A stretch of 63,817 nucleotides of DNA, the filler included, from Lama guanicoe (lineage: Eukaryota): assembly GCA_013239625.1 (NCBI GenBank). It is 140 parts of 140 records of this genome, joined end to end, with 100 filler letters (N's around TTAATTAATTAA, not from the genome) between each part and the next. Parts side by side here need not be neighbours in the genome. Positions count along the whole stretch, not along the records: positions 58,422 to 58,779 come from PNXV01057962.1; positions 58,880 to 59,237 come from PNXV01057963.1; positions 59,338 to 59,695 come from PNXV01057964.1; positions 59,796 to 60,153 come from PNXV01057965.1; positions 60,254 to 60,611 come from PNXV01057966.1; positions 60,712 to 61,069 come from PNXV01057967.1; positions 61,170 to 61,527 come from PNXV01057968.1; positions 61,628 to 61,985 come from PNXV01057969.1; 132 more parts are not named here. One strand, 5' to 3'. Below are positions 58,776-63,817 of the stretch, piece by piece (the stretch's first letter is position 1; each line of letters starts with the position of its first letter). Both the position numbers and the translations under genes were made by a program. The notes below the pieces were generated by a model. The model did no database searches. It was given only the letters and a program-made list of their open reading frames with translations, and was not told the origin of the DNA.

Positions 58776-61627
58776 AAAANNNNNNNNNNNNNNNNNNNNN
58801 NNNNNNNNNNNNNNNNNNNNNNNTTAATTAATTAANNNNNNNNNNNNNNNNNNNNNNNNNNNNNNNNNNNNNNNNNNNNTAAAGAAAAAAAAACTGGTTT
58901 AGTCAATGAATGTAAAGTGCTCGATCTTCTGTCTTAAAAAGTAATGACTCTCATAAAACCCAACAGACATTTTTCCCAAAGATACTACACAAGTGCAAGG
59001 CAACATGCTCATGAAAATAAGTTCAACGTCATTAATCTTCAGGGAAATGCAAATCAAAACCACAAGATACTATTTCACACTTACTAGGATGACTATAATA
59101 AAAAAGAGATAACATGGGCATGGAAAGGGTATGGAAAAACTGGAACCCTCATACACTGCTGGTGGGATGTAAAATGGTACATTCACTTTGGAAAACAATC
59201 TGGCAGTTCCTCAAAAAAAGAAGAAGAAGAAAAAAAANNNNNNNNNNNNNNNNNNNNNNNNNNNNNNNNNNNNNNNNNNNNTTAATTAATTAANNNNNNN
59301 NNNNNNNNNNNNNNNNNNNNNNNNNNNNNNNNNNNNNTCTAAAGTAGAAGAGATGGTAGAGATAATAAAATGCTCATGTTCTTGGAGGAGGATGTGAGTA
59401 TCCACACGTCACAAGGGGTAATTACAAACAGCGCAGACCACCAAGCACCATGCCCTGGTAAGCCTATTCCCAGGTTTGGGTCTAGTTATCAAAAACTTGC
59501 TCTTTCCTCCCATCCACTCAGGAATCGATTTCAAAGGATCAACATATGAGCTGCAATGAAGCCAGTAGGAGCAGAGCAAGCCCCTCCTAGTATCAGAGTC
59601 ATTCTAAATTCACATTCTGTGCACAACAGTCAAACCCTCCATGGTCAACTACTCCCGAATAAAATAAATTGGTATTGAATTCTTAGCTCACACCANNNNN
59701 NNNNNNNNNNNNNNNNNNNNNNNNNNNNNNNNNNNNNNNTTAATTAATTAANNNNNNNNNNNNNNNNNNNNNNNNNNNNNNNNNNNNNNNNNNNNAAATT
59801 AAGTAAAAGGTTTTTACCATTGCCTTCTTTTTATTTCTAGAAGGGAAAAAAGATTCAAATCAAATCAGATTTATTTAGAATCACAGCTTTAGCAACACAT
59901 CAAAGGCATCTGTACAATCAACCACAATGGAACTTTACTATCAATGAATATGTTATTCGTCCTAAGGTCAGCTCTGCAAACTTATTAATTACTGAAATTA
60001 TATATAGCGTTATTCAGTGCCATGCTAATGCACAATCAACCCAAAGTGTAAGACAGGTAGGCACCTGCACCTGAGAAACTCCAAGGCAGATGACAGTGTG
60101 GAGGCTCCAGGATTTTAAAAAAAAATTTTAAAAAAGCAAGAATGCAATTAACCNNNNNNNNNNNNNNNNNNNNNNNNNNNNNNNNNNNNNNNNNNNNTTA
60201 ATTAATTAANNNNNNNNNNNNNNNNNNNNNNNNNNNNNNNNNNNNNNNNNNNNTGTAGTAGATATTAGTCTAAGTATGTCAATAATCACTTTAAACATCA
60301 CTGGTACAAATACAGTAGTCAAAAACTTACTTCCCCACAAGAAACCTGTCCTTAGATGTTTATAACGGTTTAATTCATGATAGCTATAACTTGAAATCAG
60401 TCAAGATGTCCTTCAGTAGGTGAATAGATAAATAAACATGGTACATCCAGACAATGGAATATCATTTATCACTAAAAAGAAATCAGCCATCAAGCCATGA
60501 GAAGACACAGAGGAATATTACTAAGTGAGAGGACCGTCTGAAAAGGCTACATACTTTGGGAAAGACAGTGCATGACATTCTGGAAAAGACGAAACTTGGC
60601 GACAGTAAAAANNNNNNNNNNNNNNNNNNNNNNNNNNNNNNNNNNNNNNNNNNNNTTAATTAATTAANNNNNNNNNNNNNNNNNNNNNNNNNNNNNNNNN
60701 NNNNNNNNNNNAGACTGCATACCGTAATATCCCCAGCAAGTTCAACCCAATCCCCCCACTACCTTCTCCCCTGGAGCTGATCTGCCCGAACTTGTTTACA
60801 ATTTGTGGGCAAATTTACATTCTGAAAACCACCCTAGATCAGCCAGCTGAAGAAACGATTAAGTGAGGCTTCCAGACAAGAAGTGAAATCATCCCGCTGG
60901 GAAGTTCTAAGTTGATTTTAATGGACTTGGGGGCAGGGGATGCTGTGAAAACACTGGCTCCGTGCCTTCCGGCTCCTGAATAATAAGAAAATGCTGTCCA
61001 TTGTACAGATTGCAGGATGCCTCCACATCCATTTCTGTCTTTGATCCTCGAAATAGCTCTGTATAGTGCNNNNNNNNNNNNNNNNNNNNNNNNNNNNNNN
61101 NNNNNNNNNNNNNTTAATTAATTAANNNNNNNNNNNNNNNNNNNNNNNNNNNNNNNNNNNNNNNNNNNNAATATGGTAGACAATTCACACTTTCCAAGTA
61201 AGTTGATTTTTTTTACATGAATCAATAAAAAGTAACAGATGGTAATTTATTTAAATACAAATATAAAAAGTATATGCACAATTAAACTCTAAAGATCAGT
61301 TAGCAGACAAGAGAAATGATTTGAGATCTTACATAACATACTGAAAATACAATGTTTGAGATTTCTACTCTTCCATTGAGGGAAGTGAGAGTTAAATTAC
61401 AATGAGCAATAAAGTAATTATCTTGTTATCTAATTATCTTCAATATGTTTACATTACAATCTTGAGAAATCATGCACATAAAGTGCCTTTAGAATCTTGT
61501 TTGACTATGTCAATAGACCTGATGTGTNNNNNNNNNNNNNNNNNNNNNNNNNNNNNNNNNNNNNNNNNNNNTTAATTAATTAANNNNNNNNNNNNNNNNN
61601 NNNNNNNNNNNNNNNNNNNNNNNNNNN

Positions 61628-61790
61628 TTTCGTTTAGGTCTTTGATCCATTTGAGTTTATTTTCCTATGTGGTATGAGAAAGTAGACTGGTTTGATTCTT
61701 TTGCAAGTAACTATCCGGCTCTGCCAGCACCATTTATTGAAGAAGCTGTATTTCCCCCATTTGTATACTCATGCCTTCATTATGGTAGAT
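61628..61790 (-). mobile_element. LINE-1 ORF2 fragment
   Basis: tttaggtctttgatccatttgagtttatttt...ccagcaccatttattgaaga. Confidence 0.9.
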
Positions 61791-61799
61791 CCTCCCATA

Positions 61800-61985
61800 T
61801 AATTTATAGTCTCTAGATTACTCTGATGCCCCACCCAATATAAATACTATGTAATAGTTGTAAACACAGTGTAAATTTTATGTAAGTAATTGCTGGCATG
61901 TGGCAAATTTGGTTTTGCTTTTGGAAATTTTTCCTCAATATTTTCAATCCATAGTTGGTTGAATCTGTGGATGTGGAACCTGGAC
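61800..61985. mobile_element. MER2B-like Tigger MITE
   Basis: tctctagattac...atgtaatagttgt...ggcaaatttggttttgcttttggaa...aatattttcaatccatagttggttgaatctgtggatgtggaacc. Confidence 0.75.
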
Positions 61986-63001
61986 NNNNNNNNNNNNNNN
62001 NNNNNNNNNNNNNNNNNNNNNNNNNNNNNTTAATTAATTAANNNNNNNNNNNNNNNNNNNNNNNNNNNNNNNNNNNNNNNNNNNNTAAGGGCTGCTCACT
62101 GCCGCTCAGCCCTCAGCCACCCCAGCCAATACACACAATCCACCCAGCGGACTCTGTCACCCTATCCCATGGTTGCCACCACATCCTTCCTGAACTGACG
62201 CTTGTGGGTGCTAGATGCATTCTGCATGCACTTGGCCCGAGTCCTGGCTGCCTCTGATGAACTGTGGTCACCCTGCACCCCAGTATGTCTATTTGCATGA
62301 TTTAGATTTCTAAGGAGGTATGGGCACCTGCTCAGTGTAATTTAGGGGCAGAGTCAGAGATGACCTGAAGCTGATTCTCCAGCCTCCCTTAGAACAAGTG
62401 GGCCTATGAAGAGATGGTACAGATGGAAGCCAATGGAACTCTCNNNNNNNNNNNNNNNNNNNNNNNNNNNNNNNNNNNNNNNNNNNNTTAATTAATTAAN
62501 NNNNNNNNNNNNNNNNNNNNNNNNNNNNNNNNNNNNNNNNNNNAAATGTGGTAGTCAGAATTACTTTCATAGCCAATTTCAGGTCTGTGCAGGACATTAA
62601 AAAATCTTTTTTTGATTGTGTGATTTTGGTGTTTTAAGTGAGCATAGTTACTCCTGGAAAAATGTAGTCATTGGTTCACAATTTTCCAGTGTTTGAAATA
62701 CCAGTGGAATTGTAAGTGGGCAAGTTGAAAACTTAAACGTATTTATAGTTTTGAACATAACTAATTTTAATAAATGATTATGTTTGTTTTGTTGGTATAT
62801 ATTATGCATGGCTCGATTATTTTGCCCAACAAATAGCCTAAAAATGATTCCGCCAAGAAGCTAGAATAGACTCCTAAAATTAACAGGGAGCCCCTGGCCC
62901 ANNNNNNNNNNNNNNNNNNNNNNNNNNNNNNNNNNNNNNNNNNNNTTAATTAATTAANNNNNNNNNNNNNNNNNNNNNNNNNNNNNNNNNNNNNNNNNNN
63001 N

Positions 63002-63359
63002 AATAGCATTAAAATGGTCATACTGTCCAAGGTAATTTACAGATTTAATGTGATCCCTATTAAATTACCCAGGACACCTTTTCCAGAACTAGAAAAAAAC
63101 AATCCTAGAATTTACACGGAATCACAGAAGACCCAGAATAAAGCAATATTGAAGAAAAAGAACAAAGCTGGAGGATTAACACTCCCAGACTTCAGATAAT
63201 ACTACAGAGCTACAGTAAATCAAAACAGTGTTGTACTGGCATAAGAACAGACATATGGATCAATGGACCAGAATAGAGAGCCCAGAAATAAATCCACAGA
63301 TTGATGGTCAATTAATCTTCAGCAAAGGAGGCAAGAACATACAGTGGAGAAAAGACAGT
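63002..63359 (+). mobile_element. LINE-1 ORF2 fragment (downstream of RT), degenerate
   Basis: [29 protein letters not shown]...[25 protein letters not shown]...[20 protein letters not shown]. Confidence 0.96.
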
Positions 63360-63817
63360 NNNNNNNNNNNNNNNNNNNNNNNNNNNNNNNNNNNNNNNNN
63401 NNNTTAATTAATTAANNNNNNNNNNNNNNNNNNNNNNNNNNNNNNNNNNNNNNNNNNNNGTACAGTGAAAAAAGATGCAGCAATTAAAGGTCATGCTGGA
63501 AACTGTTTGAAAGGGTATGTCCAAAAATTGAGAGGCGCTGCTACAGTCATGGCAGCCAGCCATGGCACAGGGGAGGCTGGGAGCGGGAGACTTGGTGCAG
63601 AGCCAGAACCTAAACCCGAGCCGAGGAGGGTGGAGGAAGAAGGGAAGAAACGGGGAGAAGGAGACAGGATGGGTAGGAGTGCCCAAGGGCAGCAACCAGA
63701 AGCCGGTGGCTCTAGTCTGATGCATACCAGGGCCACAGTTCACAGCTCGCCTGGCCTCTGTATATTAGCAATTGGCGTGGTGCTAATGGCGAGATGCGGA
63801 AGCTTTTTATTTTAGCC

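Noticed and set aside
356..63459. Regularly spaced identical repeats with unique spacers, resembling a CRISPR-like or programmed array
   Set aside because: The repeat is a 12-mer embedded in fixed runs of 44 N, and the spacers are unrelated mammalian contigs sorted by length. There are no cas genes. It is an assembly linker.
1314..63743. Dozens of ORFs ending in X-runs plus N or LIN
   Set aside because: They run through N gaps and stop in the synthetic linker. The shared LIN ending is translated linker, not a protein motif.
63465..63815. 116-aa ORF MKKDAAIKGHAG...
   Set aside because: It has a GTG start, purine/GC-rich low-complexity composition and no recognisable domain.

Overview
This window is not a contiguous locus. 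It is an artificial concatenation of about 140 unrelated short contigs (about 350-358 bp, slowly increasing in length). Each is joined to the next by the same 100-bp spacer (44 N + TTAATTAATTAA + 44 N), which places stop codons in all six frames. Neighbouring contigs are therefore not neighbours in the genome, and most ORFs in the supplied track are artefacts. The DNA is eutherian mammalian and most likely camelid, inferred from Vic-1-like tRNA-derived SINEs. Recognisable content: many LINE-1 pieces; L2/MIR, MaLR/ERVL/ERV1 and Tigger/hAT relics; a class I ERV protease; an ERV-L RNase H relic; a Tigger2 transposase relic; a divergent RO60 (TROVE2) coding fragment; a 36-nt tailless U2 snRNA retrocopy with a target-site duplication inside an L1; four contigs of a ~267-bp satellite in two subtypes; a separate ~249-bp tandem repeat; several CpG-island promoter or first-exon fragments; and a near-identical contig pair with exactly 49 identical bases at each end (an assembly bubble). 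I found no supportable new multi-gene system. The best leads are the satellites, the altered RO60 copy and a dual-ATG first exon. All repeat family names come from recall of consensus sequences, not from a search.
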